Shown piece by piece: positions 51,158 through 60,469 of a DNA stretch of 64,000 nt. How positions within the stretch are numbered: position 1 is the stretch's first letter; each line of letters begins with the position of its first letter. The translations under genes were made by a program, and so were the position numbers. A model generated the notes under the pieces. That model made no database searches, was not told the origin of the DNA, and worked only from the letters and a program-made list of their open reading frames with translations. This DNA comes from an uncultured bacterium (GTDB taxonomy: Bacteria; Hydrogenedentota; Hydrogenedentia; Hydrogenedentales; Hydrogenedentaceae): NCBI GenBank assembly GCA_938014335.1, contig CALLRP010000003.1:112614-176613 (forward strand). Direction: 5' to 3'.

Positions 51158-52885
51158 CTATTTGTCCGTTTGAGAAGTATAACGAAAAGGAATAATCGTA
51201 AAAGCCATATCCGATTGGGGAAGGAGTTCACCAAAAAATACACCATGTGATTCTTTAATTTGTAATCGCCGTCCACATACAGGACACATATACTCAGAGC
51301 CAGGCACTATCTCTTCCGCAATACGAATATGTGTACTACAAAAAGGACAAGCAAGACTGCGACTATCTCGTTTATGATAATCCTGCAAGAGAGAGTGTAT
51401 TTTCCCTGCGTTATATGCCTCAATTAAGGCATCTACCATCTCCGGGTCTAACTGTGTCCCTTTCGCAGAAATAAGCCTCTCGATAGCAATTTCGGGGTCT
51501 AACCCTTTTCGATAGGGTCGGTTGCTTGTCATAGCATCTAATGTATCCGCAACCGCTATCAATCGTCCCTCAGGGGGAATTTCCTTCCCTTTGAGTCCAT
51601 AGGGATAGCCTTTTCCATCATATCGCTCATGATGATACAAACAATATGGGATAATGGGTTGAAATAGGGCAATATCCCGTAATAGGTCGGCTCCTCGAAC
51701 CGGGTGTATTTTCATTTTTTCGAATTCTTCGTCAGTGAGCTGTCCGGGTTTTCGGAGGATAGCATCATCCACAGCAATTTTACCTACATCATGCAACACG
51801 CCCCCCATATAGACCTCTTCTATTTTCTCTTCAGACCATCCCAGAACTTTGGCAATCTCGATAGCAAAGTTGGTCACTCGCCAGGTGTGGCCTATCGTAT
51901 AATGGTCTCGTAATTCCACTGCATTAGCAATCGTTGTTAAGGTATCTTTATAACTTTGTTTTATCATTTCAATATATTGTGCATTTCTCAACGCAATTGC
52001 CGCGGGACCTGCAATAGCGACTAACATTTCCAGGTCTTCCTGACTAAACGCCCGTGAGGTGCCCCGTGTATCTACATATATCACACCCAAACAATTGTTT
52101 TGATAGACAAGCGGAACGCACATAGCAGAGGCTATCCGATGGCGAATGATACTTCCTGAAACATTCTTAAATCGGCTATCTTCTTCCGCATTCTGGGTAA
52201 TTAAAGCTTCCTTCTTCTCAAAGGCACGATTAACAATAGTCGCACTAATCGAAAACTCTTCTAACGCCATCTTTGTATGAATATATTCAGGAACTAATCG
52301 CTTTCTCCGCTTATCCCATAATAAGATGGCTCCGTTATGAGCCGGTAAAAGTGAAAAGATTTGTTCTATTATTTTTGAAAATAGGTTCTTTAAATTATTC
52401 TCACTAACAATAATTTGATTAGCATTATAAATAGCTCTTAAACGCTTCTGAATAGCATCCGATTGTTCGTGAGCAACCTTTCCCTTCGGTACCTGAAAAA
52501 GTGTTTCACTAATAACACTCATGTCTGCACTCTCCGTATCCTCATCAATAGTCGCATCAAAACGAACCGATGCATTATCTTCTTCGACATTTGTCTCTAC
52601 TGCTTCATAACGAATTAATTGTGTCCCCACTCGAAACACATCCCCCGGCTTAAGTAAATACTCTGTAATCTTTTGATTTCCAACATAAGTTCCATTACCA
52701 CTATTCAAGTCTTTCAATAAAGGACCCTCTTCTGTCGGTTCTATAACCGCATGTTTCCTCGAAACCTTGGGGTCTTCAAGGGAAATAACATTATCCTGCC
52801 CTCTTCCAATGGTTAACACTTGATGAGCAGGGAAAGAAACTCCTTTTTTCAATCCTGTGAGAACTACTATATTGCCATCCATCAT
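51158..52885 (-). CDS. FHA-GAF-HD-GYP c-di-GMP phosphodiesterase with C-terminal zinc ribbon
   Basis: N-terminal FHA (LTIGRGQDNVISLEDPKVSRKHAVIE). Central GAF. HD domain (HTWRV...LHDVGK) with GYP signature (HHERYDGKGYP). C-terminal CPFC...CPVC. Confidence 0.8.
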   Translation of the reverse strand: MMDGNIVVLTGLKKGVSFPAHQVLTIGRGQDNVISLEDPKVSRKHAVIEPTEEGPLLKDLNSGNGTYVGNQKITEYLLKPGDVFRVGTQLIRYEAVETNVEEDNASVRFDATIDEDTESADMSVISETLFQVPKGKVAHEQSDAIQKRLRAIYNANQIIVSENNLKNLFSKIIEQIFSLLPAHNGAILLWDKRRKRLVPEYIHTKMALEEFSISATIVNRAFEKKEALITQNAEEDSRFKNVSGSIIRHRIASAMCVPLVYQNNCLGVIYVDTRGTSRAFSQEDLEMLVAIAGPAAIALRNAQYIEMIKQSYKDTLTTIANAVELRDHYTIGHTWRVTNFAIEIAKVLGWSEEKIEEVYMGGVLHDVGKIAVDDAILRKPGQLTDEEFEKMKIHPVRGADLLRDIALFQPIIPYCLYHHERYDGKGYPYGLKGKEIPPEGRLIAVADTLDAMTSNRPYRKGLDPEIAIERLISAKGTQLDPEMVDALIEAYNAGKIHSLLQDYHKRDSRSLACPFCSTHIRIAEEIVPGSEYMCPVCGRRLQIKESHGVFFGELLPQSDMAFTIIPFRYTSQTDK

Positions 52886-53024
52886 AATAATCTTGCCTCA
52901 ATATAAACATTTTACCTTATAGAGATGGAAAAAGGAAAGATTTTCACTTTATATAAAACAATCGTTTGAATAAAATAATTCATATTTACAGGAATTTTAA
53001 TAAGAAAAGTAATTACTAATAAGA

Positions 53025-53101
53025 TGGCGCGCCCGGCGGGATTTGAACCCACGGCCCCTTGCTCCGGAGGCAAGTGCTCTATCCAACTGAGCTACAGGCG
53101 C
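53025..53101 (-). tRNA. tRNA-Arg (anticodon CCG)
   Basis: Reverse complement folds as a 77-nt cloverleaf: acceptor GCGCCTG/CGGGCGC, D-arm GCTC-AGTTGGATA-GAGC, anticodon arm CTTGC-CTCCGGA-GCAAG, T-arm GTGGG-TTCAAAT-CCCGC, encoded CCA. It matches E. coli tRNA-Arg(CCG) closely in the acceptor, anticodon and T arms. Confidence 0.9.
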
Positions 53102-53176
53102 GCAAAATAAAATCGAACTCCATTTAAAGAATATCATAATCAAAGAATGTAATTCTAAATAAATAGAAATGGGGAG

Positions 53177-54403
53177 TTACTCTTTCTTACCAAATTCATA
53201 TTTGACACCTGCGGATAAACGGTGTTCCCACGGCTCAATATCTCTCTTTTGATGTTCGCTATCATACTCATTGGAAACCGTTAGTTCAACACTCACATTT
53301 CTTGAAACAGGGGTTGATAAGTTCGTAAGTGAATTAATTCTGTAATAATCAAATCGCTCTAAACTGGGTTCAAATGTAAGATTATGGGAAAGATCTGAAT
53401 GTAAAATCTTCCTCGTATATTTACTCCCTAATTTCAAACTTGTAAAATCATTGGTAGTTTTTTCGGCATTTCCTAAAGGATTAAAAACCTTTACCGTTCC
53501 TCCAAGAATACCCCCCAAACTTGCAACATCTGTCGGATCTTGAATTAATCGTTGTGATGAGTTGACAACTTGATTTAATCCTTCTTGTATTTTTTCCTGT
53601 TTCACTTTTTCTTTTTGAAACGGGACATAAGGGAGCCATTCTTCATGTGTTAACATAAGTGCTCCTTCTATAGACCATGTCTGGCGAGGTTGGGAAAGTA
53701 TTTCATATCCTGTTCCTCCGCCAACTTGCCCACGCAACCCTAATTTTCTACCTTCATCCCGTTCCGCCCCTGCATCTGTGTAAATATACCATTTCTTTTC
53801 AGGATAATACTGATAACGAAAACTACCATTATATCTGCGTGTATTAATTTCACTCTCAACCTCACCGTATGCCCCTGATAATTCAATATTTATAAAATCT
53901 TTCATCCTTTTCCCCAAAACTGTTACACCACTTTCAAAATTCGTAGTATCGGTAGTCCCTTTCTGAAGTGAAGCAAGAACTTTACCGCTCCCCGACCATT
54001 TCCTTTTATCTTCTTTTTCAATTTTATCCTGCGGAGTTGATTCAGATATAGGAATAATTTTTTGAACCTCTTCCCAAGAAACAGATTGTTTGTTCTCATT
54101 TTCAATAACAATCAAATTGCCATTTGTAATAGCTATCTTTCCTTGAACGGTTTCTCCATTCATAAAAGATACCTCAAATGGCTCCTCCCTTTCTATCTTC
54201 TTAACATCGCTTCTTCTTATAGAAATAGTTCCAATAATATCCGAACAAAAGGATAATTGATCATTTGTTATCTCTATAATCTTTCCTGTAAGTCTATCTC
54301 CATTATTAAGTTCGAGACTATCTGCGTAAAGGTTTGAAACTTTTAGTATTAGAAAAAGCATAATAATATTAAATAAAAAGAAAATAAATTTTTCTGTTTT
54401 CAT
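53177..54403 (-). CDS. Putative outer-membrane beta-barrel protein (DUF481/YdiY-like C-terminal half)
   Basis: Signal peptide. C-terminal alternating amphipathic beta-strand pattern ending in an aromatic residue (…VKYEFGKKE). N-terminal ~150-aa soluble domain. Confidence 0.4.
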   Translation of the reverse strand: MKTEKFIFFLFNIIMLFLILKVSNLYADSLELNNGDRLTGKIIEITNDQLSFCSDIIGTISIRRSDVKKIEREEPFEVSFMNGETVQGKIAITNGNLIVIENENKQSVSWEEVQKIIPISESTPQDKIEKEDKRKWSGSGKVLASLQKGTTDTTNFESGVTVLGKRMKDFINIELSGAYGEVESEINTRRYNGSFRYQYYPEKKWYIYTDAGAERDEGRKLGLRGQVGGGTGYEILSQPRQTWSIEGALMLTHEEWLPYVPFQKEKVKQEKIQEGLNQVVNSSQRLIQDPTDVASLGGILGGTVKVFNPLGNAEKTTNDFTSLKLGSKYTRKILHSDLSHNLTFEPSLERFDYYRINSLTNLSTPVSRNVSVELTVSNEYDSEHQKRDIEPWEHRLSAGVKYEFGKKE

Positions 54404-54585
54404 ATTCAGTCCTCTAAAAAGTATAATAGTATTGTTAACATTAGACGAAGAAAAGGGATATATATATTCACTTTACATGTACAAACAATACATCCAATGG
54501 AATATTGTAACAAAAGGAATAGAAAATAATTATATTGATATGGTATAAAATTATGTATACATATACCTTAGTTTAAGGATTTAAT

Positions 54586-55701
54586 ATGTTGTTATTATAT
54601 GATACATGGTTTCTGTGGGTTGTTACTTTTGTATTTCTTTCATTATTAATAGTTTCATTTATCATTGGGATTTACAAGAAAAAAAAAGAAGAAAAAGAAC
54701 GCATTTTAAGAGATTGGGAACGGGTTCGTTTTATCCTTAAAGAAAAGGAATTAAATGAGAAGGAAATCAAATTTGTAGAGGAACTAATCCACAAACATGA
54801 ACCCTCCAATCCTTTAGGTGTGATAACTTTTCGTCAACATTTTATCCGTTGTTTACAAAAGTATATTTTAGAAGCAAGAAAAAACTTAAGTTTTGAGGAA
54901 TTGGAAGAAAAGGGGGAAATAATACGGGAAATTAGCATTCGTTTAGGGCATGACTATATCCCCTATGGACAGCGTATATATTCTACGATGGAACTTTACC
55001 AAAACCAACCGCTATGGATGTCTCCCCAGGGTGAATCCCCAGCCCTATGGAGAAAAGCCCATGTAGTAGATATTAACGGTACTTTTTTTCGTGTGGCTCC
55101 ATTCACACTGCAAGATAGACTCCCCATAAATTTAGGGCAATATGTATCATTCAAAATGTGGAGAGAAGAAGATGCACGATACCAATTTTTCACTGTATTG
55201 CGACGGATAGAATTAGACCCTGAGGTATATGTGTTTGACCATACATTCTCATTAGAACGATTCCAATCTCGTGCTCATTTTCGGGTACGCCTGGACAAAC
55301 CCATAGAGGTAGATGTGGTTAGAATAGATAAAAAATATGACTTGAACCAGATTAGCGCAGAGGATATTCCTTGCCATATTCTTTTCTCTATCCGCGCACG
55401 AATTGTAAACTTAAGTGCTGGAGGGTCCGCAATACTTATTGATAGAGACATTGATGAAGATAATTATATTAGAATATTTCTTGACACCGAAGACGAAAAG
55501 GAGCCTAAATACATAACACTATATATGCGCATCATAAGTAAAGTAAATGTGGCATTGGGTAGATACATGTATCGTGGAGCTTTTTTAGGTTTAACTGATG
55601 AGAACCGAGATCGTCTTGCAAAATATGTATTTCGTCAACAACCTCCTGTATCAACAGCACTGCGGGAACAACATAAAAAAGAAGATGAGAAAAAGCTATA
55701 A
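54586..55701 (+). CDS. PilZ-domain c-di-GMP receptor with N-terminal TM helix
   Basis: N-terminal TM. C-terminal PilZ signatures RxxxR (RAHFRVR) and D/NxSxGG (RIVNLSAGGSAILID). Confidence 0.6.
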   Translation: MLLLYDTWFLWVVTFVFLSLLIVSFIIGIYKKKKEEKERILRDWERVRFILKEKELNEKEIKFVEELIHKHEPSNPLGVITFRQHFIRCLQKYILEARKNLSFEELEEKGEIIREISIRLGHDYIPYGQRIYSTMELYQNQPLWMSPQGESPALWRKAHVVDINGTFFRVAPFTLQDRLPINLGQYVSFKMWREEDARYQFFTVLRRIELDPEVYVFDHTFSLERFQSRAHFRVRLDKPIEVDVVRIDKKYDLNQISAEDIPCHILFSIRARIVNLSAGGSAILIDRDIDEDNYIRIFLDTEDEKEPKYITLYMRIISKVNVALGRYMYRGAFLGLTDENRDRLAKYVFRQQPPVSTALREQHKKEDEKKL

Positions 55702-55728
55702 AGCGATACATGGGAAAGCTACATAATA

Positions 55729-56478
55729 ATGCAATGGGAACGAGCAAAAATAAATCAAAATAAAATATTCCCTTTAGCAGGCATTTATATTTTTATTCAT
55801 ACCGCCACAATTTTTCTATACGAATTACTATCCCTAAATCTCGAACTTTCATCAGGAAATCTTCCTACTCATGTACTGTTATCTCTCATAGATATTTTAA
55901 GAGAACTGGCTCTTTGTTCAATATTGGGAGCTTTACAATCTATTATTTTTGCCCGACTAGGTGTTATCCTTGAATTTCCTATCTGGCGTTGTAGAGATGA
56001 CAAAGAAGCACTTCGCCGATTCTTTCTTCTCTGGTTTGGTATCAATGTAGGATTAATTACTATAAATCGAGTCGCTAACATTATGGCAGAAAGGGGAATT
56101 TCGGATATTGCTTATCTCTTAGGAGCAGTGGGGCTCATTGCTAATATTGTTTATCTACCCCTGGCTATCTGTTGGATGTATTCAGGGGAAAAACTCGCTG
56201 AGGATGATTCTTTTTTCCGCGTATTTCGTCCTATAACAAGACAATGGGGAGAAACACTGGGAATGTGGGTTATCCTTGTGGTCTCTCTCTTGCTGGCTTT
56301 GTTTCTTTTAGGACTTCCGGTATTTCAGGAAAATTCTATTTTTACGGTACTCATAAAAACGCTTATAATTATCCCTTTAGCAGGTGTTGATATCCTTGTA
56401 TTTTGCTGGACCTGGCTCTTGTGTATTCAGTGTAGAATACAGGGATTAGACGAAGATATTTCACTTGATGATTTTTAA
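55729..56478 (+). CDS. Hypothetical 6-TM membrane protein
   Basis: 249 aa, six hydrophobic helices. Immediately downstream of the PilZ gene. Confidence 0.4.
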   Translation: MQWERAKINQNKIFPLAGIYIFIHTATIFLYELLSLNLELSSGNLPTHVLLSLIDILRELALCSILGALQSIIFARLGVILEFPIWRCRDDKEALRRFFLLWFGINVGLITINRVANIMAERGISDIAYLLGAVGLIANIVYLPLAICWMYSGEKLAEDDSFFRVFRPITRQWGETLGMWVILVVSLLLALFLLGLPVFQENSIFTVLIKTLIIIPLAGVDILVFCWTWLLCIQCRIQGLDEDISLDDF

Positions 56479-56507
56479 TAAAACTAAATAAGGAGTTTAT
56501 TCCATTC

Positions 56508-57713
56508 ATGCGGGCAATTATCCTTTGCGCGGGCAAAAGCACACGAACCTATCCCCTTACATTAACTCGCCCGAAACCGCTTCTCCCCATCTTAAATCAT
56601 CCTATCATTGAATGGCAATTGGATGCACTTTATTCTTTTGTTGAGGAATTCATCTTGGTGGTGGGTTATCGCCAGGAAATGATTCGCCAGCGTTTGGGCA
56701 CCGATTGGAAAGGTAAAAAAATAACTTATGTGGTCCAGGAGGAACAACGCGGGACAGGGCATGCAATATTGATGTGCGAGAAAGAGGTAAGAGGAAATTT
56801 TATGGCAATGAATGGAGATGACCTCTTTGACCCTGATGATTTAAAGAATCTTGCCCAGCAACAGCGCCCCTCTGCACTGGTAAAAGAAGTAGCCAATCCA
56901 AAAGATTACGGAATATATGAGATTGACGATGATAATAAAGTAAAAAGACTTGTAGAAAAACCGAAGATTATATTTTCCAATATGGCTAACATCGGTGCAT
57001 ATTTGTTCACACCGGATATTTTCCCCATTCTCCATGCAACACCTCTATCCGAACGCGGTGAAATTGAGGTTACTTCAGCAATTCAAAGCATGGCAGAAAA
57101 ACATGGTTTCTGGGTACTTCCCTCTGCTGGCTACTGGCTACCGATAGGGTACCCATGGGATTTGCTCCGAGCAAATGCCTTTTTATTAGACCAAATGGAG
57201 GAGCCCAAAATTTTAGGAACGGTGATGACGGGCGCATGGGTTGAAGGGAAAGTATTTATAGATGAGGGGACCATTGTGCGTCCGGGAAGCGTGATTGAAG
57301 GACCGGCATATATCGGAAAAAACTGTACCATAGGACCTAATTGCTGGATACGCCCTTATACCACAATCGGGAACCATTGCCGTGTGGGTCAAGCATCAGA
57401 AATAAAAAATTCTATCCTGTTTGACCATGCCTTTGCTCCCCACCAAAACTATGTGGGTGATAGTATATTAGGAGAAGGTGTCAATTTAGGGTGTGGAACG
57501 GTAACTGCCAATGTTCGACACGATGGACAGCCAGCAAAGTCTGTAGTAAACGGTATTCTCATAGAGACCGGACTGAAAAAATTAGGTGCGGTGCTCGGTG
57601 ATAAGGTCCATACGGGAATACTCACCGCCATCTACCCCGGTCGTAAAATGTGGCCTAATACTTTCACACGCCCCAGCGAAGTAGTTGACCGAGATATAAT
57701 TGGTGAGGAATGA
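56508..57713 (+). CDS. Sugar-1-phosphate nucleotidyltransferase with C-terminal left-handed beta-helix (hexapeptide repeat) domain
   Basis: MRAIILCAGKSTRTYPLT...PKPLLPI (G-x-G-T-R NTP-transferase motif), then hexapeptide repeats in the C-terminal 150 aa. Confidence 0.75.
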   Translation: MRAIILCAGKSTRTYPLTLTRPKPLLPILNHPIIEWQLDALYSFVEEFILVVGYRQEMIRQRLGTDWKGKKITYVVQEEQRGTGHAILMCEKEVRGNFMAMNGDDLFDPDDLKNLAQQQRPSALVKEVANPKDYGIYEIDDDNKVKRLVEKPKIIFSNMANIGAYLFTPDIFPILHATPLSERGEIEVTSAIQSMAEKHGFWVLPSAGYWLPIGYPWDLLRANAFLLDQMEEPKILGTVMTGAWVEGKVFIDEGTIVRPGSVIEGPAYIGKNCTIGPNCWIRPYTTIGNHCRVGQASEIKNSILFDHAFAPHQNYVGDSILGEGVNLGCGTVTANVRHDGQPAKSVVNGILIETGLKKLGAVLGDKVHTGILTAIYPGRKMWPNTFTRPSEVVDRDIIGEE

Positions 57714-58819
57714 CAATGACAAATAAAAAGCTAAAGATTGTCTTTTTCGGCAATGCTACAGAGAAAATCGCCGGTATACGATATCGAGTTAAGAAGTTTG
57801 CTCAGATGCTTGAAAGTGAAGGACATCAGTGTATAATTTGTTTACATTCTTCTGTAGAATTTTATTTGAAGTTTTATGAAAATCAACCCAAATACAAAAA
57901 GGCAATTTATTGGTTTTGTGTCTGGTTAAATCGTTGGTGGCAGTTACGCCATACCTTAAATGCAGATATCGTGTTTTTGAGAGGACCCATTTTCAAATAT
58001 GGACCCCCTATTTTTGAATACATTATTCATCTATTTAATAAGAATATTGTATTTGACATTGATGATGCAGTCTGGGAAAAACCCGCTTTTGTAAAAAGTC
58101 TCTTTCTTCGCTTTATTGACTTTGATTGGACAAAAAAGATGTGTCAGATTTGTGCCGGGGCGGTGGTCGGAAATCGATACCTTGAAGAGCATGTAAAACA
58201 GTGGGGAGTTAAAAAAGTTGTAATAGTACCAACATGTATTGATATGGACAGACATGAACAGAAAAAGGATTACCCTGAACATAATAACCCCGTTATTATT
58301 GGATGGACGGGTGTTTACAACAATTTAGGCTACTTAGATATAATTAAAGAACCGATAAAAGAATTATCAAAAAAATATCCTGTTCAATTATTTATTGCCT
58401 CCAATAGTTCAGAATATAAAATGGATGGAGTAAATGTCGTGTTTGAACCCTGGAAAGTGGAAAAAGAGATTGAATATTTGCAAAAGCCCGACATTGGATT
58501 GATGCCCCTTGTCGATACACCTCGGGCAAGAGGGAAATGTGCTTTTAAGGCTTTACAATATATGGGTGTGGGAACGCCCGTAGTCATTTCTCCTGTGGGT
58601 ATGAATGCAGAAGTGATAGAGGATGGCGTTCATGGTTTTCTGGCAAGAACCCCTGAAGAATGGTATGACCGACTGGAAAAATTAATCCAAAATCCTGACA
58701 TGCGTGAACAGATGGGAAGATTAGCACGGGAACGAGTAAAACAACTTTATTCATTTGAAGCCAATTATCCCAAATTAAAAGAGTTTCTGCTGGATATTGC
58801 AAAAGGACGGATACAATGA
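57710..58819 (+). CDS. Glycosyltransferase, GT-B fold (GT4 / group 1 family)
   Basis: C-terminal donor-binding motif region (GVGTPVVISPVGMNAEVIEDGVHGFL). ATG overlaps the upstream stop (ATGA). Confidence 0.7.
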   Translation: MTMTNKKLKIVFFGNATEKIAGIRYRVKKFAQMLESEGHQCIICLHSSVEFYLKFYENQPKYKKAIYWFCVWLNRWWQLRHTLNADIVFLRGPIFKYGPPIFEYIIHLFNKNIVFDIDDAVWEKPAFVKSLFLRFIDFDWTKKMCQICAGAVVGNRYLEEHVKQWGVKKVVIVPTCIDMDRHEQKKDYPEHNNPVIIGWTGVYNNLGYLDIIKEPIKELSKKYPVQLFIASNSSEYKMDGVNVVFEPWKVEKEIEYLQKPDIGLMPLVDTPRARGKCAFKALQYMGVGTPVVISPVGMNAEVIEDGVHGFLARTPEEWYDRLEKLIQNPDMREQMGRLARERVKQLYSFEANYPKLKEFLLDIAKGRIQ

Positions 58820-60132
58820 GAGAAACGAATAACCCGGATGTGGCATTGGCATGGGAGTGGATAGAGGAGTTAGACACATGGGTAGAAGACAATGGGCTAT
58901 TGGGTTATGACCGCTTTGATGTGAAAGACCACCCCATTTTCCGTTCGTTACAAACTATTCCATTACTTAGAAAACTTAGTTCAGGATACTCCGAATTATT
59001 CCCCACATTTACAAGATATTTACTATGCATAAAAAAGACCGAAAATCCTAAATCTCATGCATTAATGGCGTTAGGTTATTTGCGATTACATTCTATTGAG
59101 GCCGAACAGGAGCACTTTGAAAAGGCAGAAAAACATCTTTTATGGTTACGCTCGCAAAAAGTACCTAATATTAATGGTTGGGCATGGGGTTATCCCTTTG
59201 CTTACACAGGAAAAGGAGTGCATGTCCCTGCTAATACCCCTGTTAGCGTAGTCACTGCGATTGCTGGCCAGGCTTTTCTAACTGCTTATAAAATGACCCA
59301 GGGAGAACAATACCTCTCCGCAATTCATGAAATTGCAGAATTCTTTACAGAAGAACTCCCTCGCTGGACGGTAAACAATGGAGATATGTGTTTCGGTTAC
59401 GCGTTAAAAGGCGACCCGCGAAAAGTTCACAACGCTAATTTACTTGTAACGGAATTTCTATATCATGTTTCATATATCACGGGAGAAAAGAAGTATAAAG
59501 AAATTGCAGAACCGGCGTTAAGATTTTCGCTTCGGGCGCAAAACGAAAATGGTTCATGGTATTATGGCTACTGGGAAGAGGGAGACCCTTCTGAAAAGGA
59601 ATTACACAAAATTATAGATAATCACCACACAGGTTTTGTATTGAGGTCGTTATACGAAATCTACAAATTAGAGCCCAATACAGAACTCAAAGAAAGAATA
59701 TTGAAAGGTTACCAATATTACACCACTCTATTTACTGAATTTGGACAACCTTACTTTGCAGAAAACAAGAAATGGCCCGTTGACATCCATGCTTGTGCGG
59801 AAGGCATTTTATGTTCTTCTATTTTATCCGAGGTAATTCCGGCAGCACATGTGCTTGCGGTATTCGTCCTTCGTTGGAGTTGGTTTTATATGCGTAATTT
59901 AAAGACAGGGGAACTTCATTATCGCCGGTATCCATTCTTTGTATCTAAAATTACTTTCCCGCGCTGGGGGGTTGCCTGGATGTTCCGCGCAATTGCGGAA
60001 TACCTTTTTCGATTTCATGAAGTAAAAGAACGCGTGGAACGGTTAAAGATGCAAACCATCCGTTGGATGGAACCCGTGAATGCAAACATTACCACTCCCC
60101 CGAAAAAAGAAACAATCTCGGAAATCCAATAA
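58816..60132 (+). CDS. Hypothetical protein, possible (alpha/alpha)6-barrel glycan-modifying enzyme (AGE / C5-epimerase-like)
   Basis: 438 aa. W/Y-rich helical repeats (NGSWYYGYWEEGD..., DNHHTGFVLRSL). ATGA overlap with the upstream GT gene. Assignment is tentative. Confidence 0.35.
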   Translation: MRETNNPDVALAWEWIEELDTWVEDNGLLGYDRFDVKDHPIFRSLQTIPLLRKLSSGYSELFPTFTRYLLCIKKTENPKSHALMALGYLRLHSIEAEQEHFEKAEKHLLWLRSQKVPNINGWAWGYPFAYTGKGVHVPANTPVSVVTAIAGQAFLTAYKMTQGEQYLSAIHEIAEFFTEELPRWTVNNGDMCFGYALKGDPRKVHNANLLVTEFLYHVSYITGEKKYKEIAEPALRFSLRAQNENGSWYYGYWEEGDPSEKELHKIIDNHHTGFVLRSLYEIYKLEPNTELKERILKGYQYYTTLFTEFGQPYFAENKKWPVDIHACAEGILCSSILSEVIPAAHVLAVFVLRWSWFYMRNLKTGELHYRRYPFFVSKITFPRWGVAWMFRAIAEYLFRFHEVKERVERLKMQTIRWMEPVNANITTPPKKETISEIQ

Positions 60133-60469
60133 TCTTAAATCTTAATTTGGAGATAAAAAAGATGTATTCAAAAGGGTAAAACTTTAACAATAAATGAAAT
60201 ACGGACCCGAATTAGTCAGAAAGGACGCCTGGAAGAATTGATTGCTCTCTATGATTCGATTACAGGTAAAAATTCTAACTGGCCTATTCCCCTTACCGAA
60301 CTTATCCAAACTACAGAGGCTACCTTCTTAATAAAATAACGGGAAATAACGAAACTTATTTGTTGAATAATAAAAGTATCCTTCGCTCTTATGTAAAAAA
60401 ATTACAACGGATGTTGGGCTATATCTTTTGAAAAGATAGGTATGATTAAGAAAATTTTTATAGTATTTG

